64,000 nucleotides of DNA from Thermoplasmata archaeon (GTDB lineage: Archaea > Thermoplasmatota > Thermoplasmata > Lutacidiplasmatales > UBA184), in the NCBI GenBank assembly GCA_028864975.1, contig JAGWLG010000014.1, positions 12,613 through 76,612 of the forward strand. Direction: 5' to 3'. Below, piece after piece: positions 54,476-63,969 of the stretch. The position numbers and the translations under genes are program-made. Under the pieces are notes generated by a model that saw only the letters and a program-made list of their open reading frames with translations, searched no databases and had not been told where the DNA came from. Each line of letters opens with the position of its first letter. Position 1 is the stretch's first letter.

Positions 54476-54749
54476 CCCCTCCGTCCAGGAGGCCCAAGCG
54501 CACCCCGGCGTCGATCCAGCCGTGCGCGTACGTGACGGCAGCTAGGGCTCGCGGGAGGTCTTCCTCCTGCTCGAAGTGTTTCGCGTCCTCGTAGTAGGAG
54601 CGGGCCATGGCGAGGACGTCGTCAGCCCCTTTGCGCAGGAACGACCTTCCGGGAGGGGCCGGCCGGACCTTCTCGAGGGCCTTCCCCGTGAGGGTGAAGT
54701 ACCGCGTGAGCCGGTCCCGAAGGGCCTTCTCGACGCTCACCTCGGGCAC
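54444..54749 (-). CDS. DUF357 domain protein
   Basis: AMARSYYEDAKHF..ALAAVTYAHGWIDAGVRLGLL. Confidence 0.92.
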   Translation of the reverse strand: MPEVSVEKALRDRLTRYFTLTGKALEKVRPAPPGRSFLRKGADDVLAMARSYYEDAKHFEQEEDLPRALAAVTYAHGWIDAGVRLGLLDGGDDDQTFTQYS

Positions 54750-54773
54750 GCGACAGCCAGGGGAGCCGCCCCG

Positions 54774-54780
54774 TATATAA
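54774..54780. promoter_or_regulatory. Likely bidirectional TATA box
   Basis: TATATAA / TTATATA, 25 nt from the DUF357 GTG (minus) and 38 nt from the phosphotransferase ATG (plus). Confidence 0.6.
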
Positions 54781-54817
54781 CCGGGGGAGGCTCAGGCCTC
54801 GAGGGCCCCCTGGGAGA

Positions 54818-55822
54818 ATGAGCGCGGTGGACTTTCCGCTAGCGCGAGGGGACCGCAGACCATTCGATTCCTTGCCCGCGAGCTTCCGCAAGGTCTTGGA
54901 TCAGAGGTTGGGCGCTCCTGTGCTCAGGGCCCTTTCCCAACCGGAAGGCTTCTCCCCCGGCGTCGCGGCCCGGCTCCGCCTCACCGATGGGCGGCGCCTC
55001 TTCCTCAAGGCCGTCTCGGCCCAGGTCAACTCGGGCGCCAAGGAGATCTACCGGATGGAGGAGAAGATCGCGAGGAGGCTCCCCCCCGAGGTTCCCGCGC
55101 CCAAGTTCCTCTGGAGCGTTGAGCACGGACCCTGGATCGCGTTGGCCTTCGAGGAGGTCGAGGGCGAGAACCCCCGCCTTCCCTGGCGCCATCAAGACCT
55201 GGACCGGGTCCTACGAGCCCTCGATCTCCTGGCCGCGAAGCTTACTCCAGCCCCCTTCAGGGCCCCGACCTTTGCCGCGTCCCACCGCGAGGGCTTCCGT
55301 AACTGGAGGACCCTATCGCCCGAAGGCGAGCCCTCGCGGCAGGAGCTGCGGTGGTTCGGGCCCTGGGTGCGGGAGAACATTCGTGAGCTCTCGAAGGCCG
55401 AATCCCGCTGGGAGCGGGCCTCCCGCGGCCGGACCCTACTCCACGTCGACGTCCGGGCCGACAATCTTCTCCTGACGGACCGAGAGGTGTACTTCGTCGA
55501 CTGGCCCTGGGCGACGGTGGGCGCACGGTGGTTGGACCTCCTCTTCTTCCTCCCCAGCGTCGCGATGCAAGGTGGGCCGGCGCCCTGGGAGGTGTTCGAT
55601 ACCCACCCCCTCGCCCGGGGGGTTCCTGCGAGGGACTTGGACGCCGTCCTCGCGGGGGTGCTAGGGTTCTTCCTCTTCCGGGGGCGGCTCCCCCAGGTTC
55701 CGTCCTTGCCGGGGCTCCGCGCCTTCCAGTGGGCGCAGGGACTGGAGGCCCTTCGGTGGATGTACTATCGGTGGGAGGGCAAGGACCCCGGAAGGCCCAA
55801 GGACCGTTCCAGGACGATCTAG
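54818..55822 (+). CDS. Aminoglycoside phosphotransferase / choline kinase-like protein
   Basis: [25 protein letters not shown] (HxDxxxxN), YFVDWPWA. Confidence 0.88.
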   Translation: MSAVDFPLARGDRRPFDSLPASFRKVLDQRLGAPVLRALSQPEGFSPGVAARLRLTDGRRLFLKAVSAQVNSGAKEIYRMEEKIARRLPPEVPAPKFLWSVEHGPWIALAFEEVEGENPRLPWRHQDLDRVLRALDLLAAKLTPAPFRAPTFAASHREGFRNWRTLSPEGEPSRQELRWFGPWVRENIRELSKAESRWERASRGRTLLHVDVRADNLLLTDREVYFVDWPWATVGARWLDLLFFLPSVAMQGGPAPWEVFDTHPLARGVPARDLDAVLAGVLGFFLFRGRLPQVPSLPGLRAFQWAQGLEALRWMYYRWEGKDPGRPKDRSRTI

Positions 55823-56466
55823 GACTTCGGGACCTTCTGCCAGTCCTTGAGGAACTTGTCGAGGCCGATGTCCGTGAGCGGATGCGTCGGGAGCTTCTCC
55901 ATCACGGAGAACGGGATCGTGCAGATGTGCGCGCCGAGCAGCGCGGCCTCCTTCACGTGTACCGGGTGGCGGACCGAGGCGACCAGGACCTCGGTGGTGT
56001 ATCCGTAGTTCTTGTAGATCTGGACGATCTCCGAGATGATCTCCATCCCGGTCTGTCCGTGGTCGTCCAGGCGGCCGATGAAGGGGCTGACGAAGGCGGC
56101 CCCCACCTTCGCACAGAGCAGCGCCTGGTTCGGGGAGAAGACCAGGGTCATGTTGACCCGGATGCCCTCGGAGGAGAGGCGCTTGCACGCCTGGAGCCCC
56201 TCGGTGGTCATCGGGACCTTGACGTAGATGTTGGGGTGGATCTTCGCGAGCTCGCGCCCGTCGTGGACCATGTCGTCGGCCTTGAGCGAGACCACCTCGG
56301 CGGAGATGGGCCCGTTGACGATCTTGACGATCTCGTTCAGGACATCGATGAACTTCTTCCCTTCTTTCGCGACCAGCGACGGGTTCGTCGTGACCCCGTC
56401 CAGGATCCCCCAGCTCGCCGCGGTCCGGATCTCCTCGATGTGCGCCGTGTCCAAGAACAGCTTCAT
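55819..56466 (-). CDS. fsa: Fsa-type transaldolase / fructose-6-phosphate aldolase
   Basis: [47 protein letters not shown] overlap with the transketolase C subunit. Confidence 0.96.
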   Translation of the reverse strand: MKLFLDTAHIEEIRTAASWGILDGVTTNPSLVAKEGKKFIDVLNEIVKIVNGPISAEVVSLKADDMVHDGRELAKIHPNIYVKVPMTTEGLQACKRLSSEGIRVNMTLVFSPNQALLCAKVGAAFVSPFIGRLDDHGQTGMEIISEIVQIYKNYGYTTEVLVASVRHPVHVKEAALLGAHICTIPFSVMEKLPTHPLTDIGLDKFLKDWQKVPKS

Positions 56467-57476
56467 GCTCCTTCCCTCCCCTTCGTTCCACGTAGCTTCA
56501 GCATTTCGAAGGACTCCGCCAGGATGCGCTCTTGGGAGAGCCCGTACTTCTCCATGAGCTTCCAAGGGTCGCCGGACTCCCCGAAGAGGTCCGGGGTGCC
56601 GATGCGTCGAACGGGGACGGGATAGCGCTCGGAGGTCGCGGTCGCGACCGCGGCCCCCAGGCCTGTGAGCACCGTGTGCTCCTCCATCGTCAGGATCGCC
56701 CCCGTCTCCTGCGCCGCGCGCAGGATGGTGTGGTTGTCGAACGGCTTCATCGAGGAGCAGTTAACAACGCGAACGTCCACACCGCTCTTCGCCATCTCGT
56801 CGGCCGCGTCGAGGGCCCGTCCGACCATGATCCCGTTCGCCGCGTACGTGAGGTCCTTCCCGTCCCGCAGGACCCCGAAGTGGCCGAGCTGGAACTTCCC
56901 GTCCGTGACAACGGGGAAGCTCTCCCGGGACAGACGCATGTAGGCGGGGCCGTAGGAGGCGTGGAAGGTCCGGGTGGCCGCAGCCGTCTCGGGGGCGTCC
57001 GCGGGGACCACCACGCTCATGCCGGGGATGCTCCGCATGAGCGCGACGTCCTCCAGCATCTGGTGGGTCCCGCCATCGCCACCGACGGTGAGACCTCCGT
57101 GGGTTGCGACGACCTTGACGTTGAGGCGGTTGTACCCGAGCGATTGGCGGACCGTGTTGTAGGCGAGACCCGCCGCAAAGACGGCGAAGGTGCTGGCGAA
57201 GACGCAGCGGCCCCCGGTCGCGAGCCCCGCCGCGATCCCCATCATGTTCTGCTCGGCGACGCCGACGTTGAAGTAGCGGTCGGGGAACTGCTTGCCGAAG
57301 AGCGCGGTGCGCGTCGACCCCGAGAGGTCCGCGTCGAGCACGGCCATCGTCGGGTCCTCCTTGCCGAGCTCGACCAGCGTCTTGCCGTAGGCGTCGCGTA
57401 GCGACTCGGTTCGACGTGCCGGAGCAGCGGCGGGGGGGGGCGTGGTGGCCGGGGTGGGGGGGACCAGAGCGGCCAT
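56463..57476 (-). CDS. tkt: Transketolase C-terminal subunit
   Basis: [44 protein letters not shown]. Confidence 0.96.
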   Translation of the reverse strand: MAALVPPTPATTPPPAAAPARRTESLRDAYGKTLVELGKEDPTMAVLDADLSGSTRTALFGKQFPDRYFNVGVAEQNMMGIAAGLATGGRCVFASTFAVFAAGLAYNTVRQSLGYNRLNVKVVATHGGLTVGGDGGTHQMLEDVALMRSIPGMSVVVPADAPETAAATRTFHASYGPAYMRLSRESFPVVTDGKFQLGHFGVLRDGKDLTYAANGIMVGRALDAADEMAKSGVDVRVVNCSSMKPFDNHTILRAAQETGAILTMEEHTVLTGLGAAVATATSERYPVPVRRIGTPDLFGESGDPWKLMEKYGLSQERILAESFEMLKLRGTKGREGA

Positions 57477-57478
57477 CG

Positions 57479-58318
57479 TCAGTTCTCCACTCCCAGCTCG
57501 CGAAGCCCCTTCTGGAGCTCCTCCGAACTCGGAGGCTTGCCATGGTAGGCCGCCTTGTTCTCCATGAACGAGACGGACTTCCCCTTGACCGTCTTCGCGA
57601 TGATCATCGTCGGGCGCCCCTTGACGGTCTTGGCCTCAGCGAAGGCATCCAGGAGGGCCGGGAAGCTGTGCCCGTCGACGACCAACGTGTGCCAGCCGAA
57701 CGCTCGGGTCTTGTCGGCGAGCGGTTCGAGGGCCATGATCTCCTCGGTGGTCCCATCGGTCTCGATCCCGTTACGGTCAATAATGGCGGTCAGATTGTCG
57801 AGCTTGAAGTGCGCCCCGGCCATGAACGCCTCCCAGGTCTCCCCTTCCTGGCATTCCCCGTCGCCCAGGACGGCGTAGACGCGGCTGTCGCGCTTCGCCA
57901 ATCGTGCATCGAGAGCCATCCCGACGGCCATCGAGATCCCCTGGCCGAGGCATCCCGTCGAAGCCTCAATGCCGGGAAGCTTCCCGGCGTCGACGTGGCC
58001 CTGGAGCCGGCTCCCGAGCTCCCGAAGGGTGGAGAGCTCCTCCTTCGGCAGGAACCCCTTCTCGGCCATCACCGAGTAGAGCGCAGGGGCGGCGTGGCCT
58101 TTCGAGAGGACGAACCGGTCGCGACCGGGCCATCGAGGGTTCTTGGGGTCGACGCGGAGCTCGTGGAAGTAGAGCGCGGTCAAGAGGTCGGTGCAGGAGA
58201 GGCTCCCCCCGGGATGGCCGCTCCCGGCCTTGTGGGTCATCCGCAGGACGTTCCTGCGGACCTCCAAGGCGACCCGCTCCAGCTCGGCCAGCGTCTCAGG
58301 AGAATAGGTGCCCGCCAT
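57479..58318 (-). CDS. tkt: Transketolase N-terminal (TPP-binding) subunit
   Basis: SGHPGGSLS, RDRFVLSKGHAAP, TGCLGQG, GDGECQEGETWEA, DRN. Start ATG 58318. Confidence 0.96.
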   Translation of the reverse strand: MAGTYSPETLAELERVALEVRRNVLRMTHKAGSGHPGGSLSCTDLLTALYFHELRVDPKNPRWPGRDRFVLSKGHAAPALYSVMAEKGFLPKEELSTLRELGSRLQGHVDAGKLPGIEASTGCLGQGISMAVGMALDARLAKRDSRVYAVLGDGECQEGETWEAFMAGAHFKLDNLTAIIDRNGIETDGTTEEIMALEPLADKTRAFGWHTLVVDGHSFPALLDAFAEAKTVKGRPTMIIAKTVKGKSVSFMENKAAYHGKPPSSEELQKGLRELGVEN

Positions 58319-58387
58319 CGGCGAGAGCGCCCACACGCCTTCCGTATTTCAAGGGCTCGACGAACCGTGGGTTCGACGGGCCTGAAG

Positions 58388-58412
58388 TGTTCCGGAGCCG
58401 AGCTCCGGAACA
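58388..58412 (-). terminator. 11-bp perfect hairpin directly after the coiled-coil gene stop
   Basis: TGTTCCGGAGC-cga-GCTCCGGAACA. No U-tract, so the terminator role is unproven. Confidence 0.4.
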
Positions 58413-58414
58413 GT

Positions 58415-59383
58415 TCACGAAGATTTGCCGCGGCGCGCGCGGCTCTGTGAGACCGCCTCGTGGACCTTCGCGAGGCCCTCCTCCGTGGCACGGACGTTGG
58501 AGAGGTGGCTCTTCACCGCCGAGAGATGCTCGTGGAGGGCGTCCTCCTGGTCGGTCACGACCTTCTCCCGCTCGGTGAGCTCCTTGGTCTTGACCTCGTT
58601 GACCCTCGTGCGCTCCTCCAGCGCCACGCTGGCCGACTTCATCTGCTGGTCCTTCTGCTCCAGCTCGAACTGGTGGCGCTGTAGCGCTTGTCCGGCCGAC
58701 TGCAAGCGCTTGCGCTCCCCCTCAAGCTGCCCCTTCTCGGCTTCCAGCGCCTTCCGTTGCTCTTCGATCTGGGAGAGATGCTCGGCCTTCTCCTTCTCCA
58801 GGGTCTTGCCGCGATCGGAAAGCCGTTCCTCCTCCCCCAGGAGGCGTTTCTCCTCAGTACGGAGCTTCTCCTCCGCGGTGCGGACCGCATCCTCGCGGTC
58901 GATGACCAGTTTCAGACGCTTCCGGGATTCCTCGTCGCGCGTTTCGATCATCTTCTCGCGGTCGTCCATGGGCCCTCCGGAGGGAGAGGAGCGCGAAGAG
59001 GAGGGCGGCATATGGGTTTCCGTGGCGGCCGCGGGTCCGCCCGGCTTGAGGTGCGGCGCGTCCTGGTCCGCCGCTTCTTCACTGGCCTCCTTCGGGGTGG
59101 GGGCAGCCCCGGACCCCAAGGACCGTTCACGGGCCTTCGGGGTGAGGCGGATCCGCCGTCCCGGCGTGCCCAAGGGGTCGGGTTGCAGGAGACCACCCAT
59201 CTCCAGCTGGTGGAGCGCGGTGGAAAGCCCGTTCACGTCGATGCCCCGGAGCGGACCCGTCAGGGCCTGCATGTAGTCCTCGTACCGGAGGCCGTCGGAA
59301 CCCGATCGCTCCACGCTGAACCGAAGGACGCGCTCGGCGCCTTCGGAGAGGCCGTCGTGGCCCACAGGGTCATCCGCCGCCAA
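58415..59383 (-). CDS. Hypothetical protein: N-terminal winged-helix-like domain, Pro/Ser linker, long coiled coil
   Basis: LSTALHQLEMGGLLQ..IRLTPKARE, then about 180 aa of E/K/R/Q/L heptads. SD AGGTGA before TTG 59383. Confidence 0.8.
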   Translation of the reverse strand: MAADDPVGHDGLSEGAERVLRFSVERSGSDGLRYEDYMQALTGPLRGIDVNGLSTALHQLEMGGLLQPDPLGTPGRRIRLTPKARERSLGSGAAPTPKEASEEAADQDAPHLKPGGPAAATETHMPPSSSRSSPSGGPMDDREKMIETRDEESRKRLKLVIDREDAVRTAEEKLRTEEKRLLGEEERLSDRGKTLEKEKAEHLSQIEEQRKALEAEKGQLEGERKRLQSAGQALQRHQFELEQKDQQMKSASVALEERTRVNEVKTKELTEREKVVTDQEDALHEHLSAVKSHLSNVRATEEGLAKVHEAVSQSRARRGKSS

Positions 59384-59622
59384 GAAAGTTCACCTAGGGG
59401 GAGTAGGAGCATGGACGAGCTTCGGCTTAAACTCTCTTAGCCCCTCTTTCGGTCCTTCATCGGAAGGTCGTCTCCCACCAGAAGGCGCTGGAGAAGGTAC
59501 CCCGAGCTTGGGCCAGGCGGTGGCTCGCCCCCGCCGGAGCGAGGCTCACCCGCACAGGGACCGCCTGGAGCTGCACCACAGACCACAGCGCGAGAGCCGC
59601 CCGCCCTTCGCGGGCGCCATCT

Positions 59623-60486
59623 TTACTTCTTCTTCACGAGCGAGCGGAGCGTCTTGAGGTCGGTCTCGTACGAGGCGTAAGGTCGGGCCTTGTCCCCCTT
59701 GAGCGGCGTCTCGAGGTATCCGGGGGTCGACGCGAACCGCTTGTCGTTCAGGAACGGACGGAAGCCCGAGAGCCCGATGTTCCCCTCCCCGATGTTCGCG
59801 TGGCGGTCGACGCGGCTTCCGAGCTCGTTCAGCGCGTCGTTCAGGTGGAACGCGAAGACGTTCTTGACGCCGACCGTGTCCTCCAGCTTCTCCAAGGTCG
59901 CCCGATAGTCCTTCTCGGAGCGGAAGTCGTAGCCGCAGGCGAACAGGTGGCAGGTGTCGATGCAGACCCCCGTCCGTTGGGGGGCATCGATCGAGGTGAG
60001 GAGGTGGGCGAGCTGTTCGAAGCTGCATCCCAGGGTCGTCCCCTGCCCTGCCGCGATCTCGAGCAGGACGCGGACCTTGCACCCGCCGGTCGCCTCCAGC
60101 GCCCACCGCACCCCCGAGGCGATCGACGCGAGGCCTGCTGCTTCCCCCGAGCCCGTGTGGGCCCCAGGATGGAAGATCAGGTGGGTCGCCCCCAGCGCCT
60201 CGGCTCGCTCGATCTCCTCCTTGAAGGCGGCGCGCGAGCGTTCCTGGAGCGAAGGCTGGGGGCTTCCCAGGTTGATGAGGTAGGAGGTGTGGATCCCCAC
60301 CGACTGGATCCGCTGCTCCTTGACGTTGACCCGGAACCTCTCCACGACCTCGGGCCTCAAGGGGTTGGCGGTCCACTGTTGCTGGTTCTTCGAGAAGACC
60401 TGCATCACGTCGCAGCCGAGCTTTCGTGCCTCGACGGGGGCCTGGTCGATCCCCCCCGAGATACTGATGTGCGCTCCGAGCAGCAT
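59623..60486 (-). CDS. nfo: Endonuclease IV (deoxyribonuclease IV)
   Basis: GAHISISGG, IHTSYLINL, FHPG, LLE, CIDTCH, HLND, DRHANIG, LET. Start ATG 60486. Confidence 0.96.
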   Translation of the reverse strand: MLLGAHISISGGIDQAPVEARKLGCDVMQVFSKNQQQWTANPLRPEVVERFRVNVKEQRIQSVGIHTSYLINLGSPQPSLQERSRAAFKEEIERAEALGATHLIFHPGAHTGSGEAAGLASIASGVRWALEATGGCKVRVLLEIAAGQGTTLGCSFEQLAHLLTSIDAPQRTGVCIDTCHLFACGYDFRSEKDYRATLEKLEDTVGVKNVFAFHLNDALNELGSRVDRHANIGEGNIGLSGFRPFLNDKRFASTPGYLETPLKGDKARPYASYETDLKTLRSLVKKK

Positions 60487-60597
60487 GACATCCGCCCGAA
60501 TGGCCACCCTCTCTTCAAAGTGTCCGCTCAAGAGTGAGGGTCGGGCGCTCGACGCCGGCTTTATCTTCCTCCCCGACGACCCCGCGCCGGTCGGCCC

Positions 60598-61659
60598 GTG
60601 CAGGCATTCGTCAAGTCGAAAAGGGCCCCCGGCGGGGAGCTCCAGAGCGTTCCCGACCCTCGCCCAGGGCCCAACGATGTCGTGGTCCGGGTCAAGGCGG
60701 CTTCCGTCTGCGGCACGGACGTCCACATCTGGGAGTGGAACCGGTGGGCCGAGCACCGGGTCCACCGCATCCCGATGATCCTGGGGCACGAGTTGAGCGG
60801 GGAAGTGGTGGAGCTGGGGTCGGCCGTACGTGCCCTCGAGGTGGGGGACCACGTCTCGGCCGAGACCCACATCGTCGACGGTACCTGCTACCAGTGCCGC
60901 ACCGGCCGTATGCACATCTGCGAGAACGTCCAGGTCTTCGGCGTGGACCGCGACGGGGTCTTCGCGGAGAAGGCCGTGCTCCCGGAGCTCAACGCCTGGA
61001 AGAACGACCCGAAGCTCGACCCCGCGCTCGCGTCCATCCAGGAACCGCTCGGGAACGCGGTGCATTGCATCCTTCCGGAGGACAATGTCGAGGATCTCGC
61101 GGGGAAGGACGTCCTGGTCACGGGATGCGGCCCCATCGGGCTGCTCGCGATCCCCGTGGCGAAGACCCTGGGGGCGGCCCGCGTCGTCGCGACGGAGGTC
61201 AATCCCCTCCGTATCTCCCTCGCCAAGAAGATGGGGGCGGACGTGGTGTTCGACCCGTCGGAGAAGGGGAGGGACATCGCCCGGGAGGTCCGGGACTTCC
61301 TGGGAGGCCACGGGGTCGACGTCGCGCTCGAGATGTCCGGGCACCCGAGCTCGCTAAGGCTGGTGTTCGACGCGCTCCGCCCCGGCGGCCGCGTCTCGCT
61401 CTTGGGGCTCTTCAGTACCGAGGTCCCGTTGGACCTGGATGACGGGGTGATCTTCAAGGCGGCCCGGATCCACGGGATCTTCGGGCGCCGGATGTTCGAG
61501 ACGTGGTTCACCGTGAAGGGACTTCTTGCGCAGCCCTCCTTCCGGGAGAAGATGTACCAGATCATCACCCACAAGGTCCCGATCGCGGAGTTGCCTCGCG
61601 CGATGGAGCTCATCGAGTCCCTGCAGGCGGCGAAGGTCTCCTTGACCCCCAAGTGGTGA
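60598..61659 (+). CDS. tdh: L-threonine 3-dehydrogenase
   Basis: CGTDVH, GHE, CYQCRTGRMHIC, GCGPIG, IHGIFGRRMFETW; adjacent to kbl. Confidence 0.93.
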   Translation: MQAFVKSKRAPGGELQSVPDPRPGPNDVVVRVKAASVCGTDVHIWEWNRWAEHRVHRIPMILGHELSGEVVELGSAVRALEVGDHVSAETHIVDGTCYQCRTGRMHICENVQVFGVDRDGVFAEKAVLPELNAWKNDPKLDPALASIQEPLGNAVHCILPEDNVEDLAGKDVLVTGCGPIGLLAIPVAKTLGAARVVATEVNPLRISLAKKMGADVVFDPSEKGRDIAREVRDFLGGHGVDVALEMSGHPSSLRLVFDALRPGGRVSLLGLFSTEVPLDLDDGVIFKAARIHGIFGRRMFETWFTVKGLLAQPSFREKMYQIITHKVPIAELPRAMELIESLQAAKVSLTPKW

Positions 61660-61673
61660 GGAACGGAGGATCG

Positions 61674-62867
61674 ATGCGGGACCCCGTGGGATTCCTCCGG
61701 CAGGAGTACCAGGAGCTCGTCAAGGCCGACCTCGACTGGAAGCTCCGAGTGCTCTCGGGACCCAGCACGCCGTGGTGCCAGATCGACGGAGAGCGCAAGC
61801 TCATGTTCTGTTCGAACAACTACCTCGGCCTCAGCAACCACCCGCGGATGAAGGAGGCCGCCATCGAGGCCATCCGTACCCACGGGGTCGGGTCGGGTTC
61901 GGTCCGCCCCATCGCAGGGACCATGGACCTCCACCTCGAGCTCGAGCGCCGTCTCGCGCGCTTCAAGGGTGCGGAGGCCTCGCTCACCTACCAGACCGGG
62001 TTCGCGACGAACGCGGGGCTCATCCCCCAGCTGGCGGGGGACGGGGACCTCATCATCAGCGACGAACTGAACCACGGCAGCATCATCGACGGCGTCCGCC
62101 TGTCGAAGGCGGAGAAGGGGGTCTACCGCCACTCCGACGTTCAGGACCTGGAGAGGGCCTTGCGAGAGGCGGAAGCGCACCGCCCGAGCTACCGGAGGGT
62201 CCTGATCATCACCGATGGTGTCTTTTCCATGGACGGGGACATCGCCCCGCTCGACCGGATCGCGGCCCTGGGTCACGACCATGGGGCGATGGTCTACGTG
62301 GACGACGCCCACGGCGAGGGCGTACTGGGCGAGGGGGGGCGAGGGATCGTCTCGCACTTCCACCTGGCGCGCGACCGCGTGCAGGTCGAGATGGGGACGT
62401 TCTCAAAGGCGTTCGGGGTCGTGGGTGGCCACATCTCCGGCTCGCGCGACCTCATCGACTTCGCGTACAACAAGTCCCGAACCTGGCTCCTGAGCGGCTC
62501 GCACCCTCCGCCGGTCGCCGCCGCCTGCTTGACCGCGGTCGATGTGCTGGAGAAGGAGCCGCAGCACGTCGAGCGGCTGTGGGCCCTGACCCGACGTTTC
62601 AAGAAGGAGATGGTGGCGCTCGGGTTCGACCTCGGGAAGAGCGAGACCCCCATCACGCCCGTCATGGTCGGGGAGAGCCGCGCCGCGAAGGCGCTCTCCT
62701 TGAGACTCTTCGAGCTGGGGGTCTTCGCGCTTCCCATCGTCTTCCCGATGGTCGCGAAGGACAAGGCCCGCATCCGTACCATCATGAACGCGGCGCTGAC
62801 CGATGCGGACGTGGGGGTCGCGATCGACGCCTTCCAGAAGGCGGGAAAGGAGCTCAAGCTGATCTAG
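61674..62867 (+). CDS. kbl: 2-amino-3-ketobutyrate CoA ligase (glycine C-acetyltransferase)
   Basis: SNNYLGL, DELNHGSIIDG, DDAHG, GTFSKAFG. SD GGAGG before ATG 61674. Confidence 0.92.
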   Translation: MRDPVGFLRQEYQELVKADLDWKLRVLSGPSTPWCQIDGERKLMFCSNNYLGLSNHPRMKEAAIEAIRTHGVGSGSVRPIAGTMDLHLELERRLARFKGAEASLTYQTGFATNAGLIPQLAGDGDLIISDELNHGSIIDGVRLSKAEKGVYRHSDVQDLERALREAEAHRPSYRRVLIITDGVFSMDGDIAPLDRIAALGHDHGAMVYVDDAHGEGVLGEGGRGIVSHFHLARDRVQVEMGTFSKAFGVVGGHISGSRDLIDFAYNKSRTWLLSGSHPPPVAAACLTAVDVLEKEPQHVERLWALTRRFKKEMVALGFDLGKSETPITPVMVGESRAAKALSLRLFELGVFALPIVFPMVAKDKARIRTIMNAALTDADVGVAIDAFQKAGKELKLI

Positions 62868-63522
62868 CGTCGCGGGGCGCTGGCGTCTCCCGGGCGCGGA
62901 GCCGTCGCCGGAACTGCGGGGATGCCACGTCGAGCGACGGAAGGAGGATCTCCCCCTCGCTAGGGTCGCCCAGGCGGAGCGCGCATCCCTCCAGGCAGAG
63001 CCTCCCGACCCACGCGCACGCGACCGCGTCGAGCTCGTCGTGGGTGAGGCCTTTCCGCTCCACATCTCCCCGGAATCCTCGAGAAACGAGCGTCCTTCGA
63101 AGACGCTCCACCCCACGGTTCTTCCGACCCCACCCCATCATATCCTGGACCCCGCCCGGATAGGACTCCACCACACGGAGGCCCTTGCTTCCCAGTGCCG
63201 CTTTCAATCGGATCCCGCGTGCCGTCAGCATCCGCATCGGTCCGAGGGTGATGGGGAAGAATGGTATCCCCAAGCGGCGGAGCTCGAGGTCGCACGCCCG
63301 GAAGTGAGGGGGAGAGGGGATGTCCAGGCTAGCCCGGCCCCGGGGCAGAGAGAGAGGGGCGTCGATGCTCACGATGTCCGGTCGTTGCTCCATCGTCCAG
63401 GCGAGCACCTCGTCGTCGGACCCCAGGGCCCTCGTTGTCGTGCGCCAAGGCCCCCGCAATAGGCAACCGCCCGTGGTCCTTCGAGGGCTCCCCGCGAGGT
63501 CGAGCCCGACACATCTCCACAT
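62854..63522 (-). CDS. DUF429 domain protein (predicted RNase H-fold nuclease)
   Basis: GLDLAG, IDAPLSLP, FRACD, VVESYPGG, HDELDAVACA. Confidence 0.88.
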   Translation of the reverse strand: MWRCVGLDLAGSPRRTTGGCLLRGPWRTTTRALGSDDEVLAWTMEQRPDIVSIDAPLSLPRGRASLDIPSPPHFRACDLELRRLGIPFFPITLGPMRMLTARGIRLKAALGSKGLRVVESYPGGVQDMMGWGRKNRGVERLRRTLVSRGFRGDVERKGLTHDELDAVACAWVGRLCLEGCALRLGDPSEGEILLPSLDVASPQFRRRLRARETPAPRDARSA

Positions 63523-63543
63523 CGCCCCTCCACGACGGACGGG

Positions 63544-63969
63544 CTAGTGCCAGACGATGCCGCAGGAGGGGCAGACCTGGTCAGCGCGAAGGGGCGTGCC
63601 GCAGACCGTGCATCGGTGGTCTGCGGGGGCGGCGGCGGGAGCAGGATCGGCCGCTGATGGAGTGACCGTCGGGACCGCGTTGGAGCCCCCGGACGGAGCG
63701 GTCTCTCCCACCGGGGCCGCGGGGCTCGGGTCGGAGGGTAGGACGGTGTCGGAGTTCGGTAGGTGACCCTCGTCGGGTCCCGAGGAGATGTGGGCCTGGG
63801 GGGGGGAGAGCGGCACGGCCTTCCATCCGTCAGGGGCCCCGCTCTCCTCCGTCCCGGGAGGGTGCGGACCCGGCTCGGGTGCACGGGCATCCGTCCCGGT
63901 TCCCGGGGTCATGGGGATGGTGTCGTCCACCATGGGGTGGCCCTCCGGGGCCGGGGCCGCCTGCGGCAT
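63544..63969 (-). CDS. Pro-rich low-complexity protein with C-terminal zinc ribbon
   Basis: Disordered P/A/S/G-rich body ending HRCTVCGTPLRADQVCPSCGIVWH. Confidence 0.7.
   Translation of the reverse strand: MPQAAPAPEGHPMVDDTIPMTPGTGTDARAPEPGPHPPGTEESGAPDGWKAVPLSPPQAHISSGPDEGHLPNSDTVLPSDPSPAAPVGETAPSGGSNAVPTVTPSAADPAPAAAPADHRCTVCGTPLRADQVCPSCGIVWH

Noticed and set aside
59623-61344. 573-aa ORF suggesting a long N-terminal fusion on endonuclease IV
   Set aside because: The first 286 aa are the antisense shadow of tdh. The Nfo motif GAHIS starts just after ATG 60486.
60888-63163. 491-aa minus and 463-aa plus ORFs overlapping tdh-kbl
   Set aside because: Shadow and shifted frames of well-supported genes.
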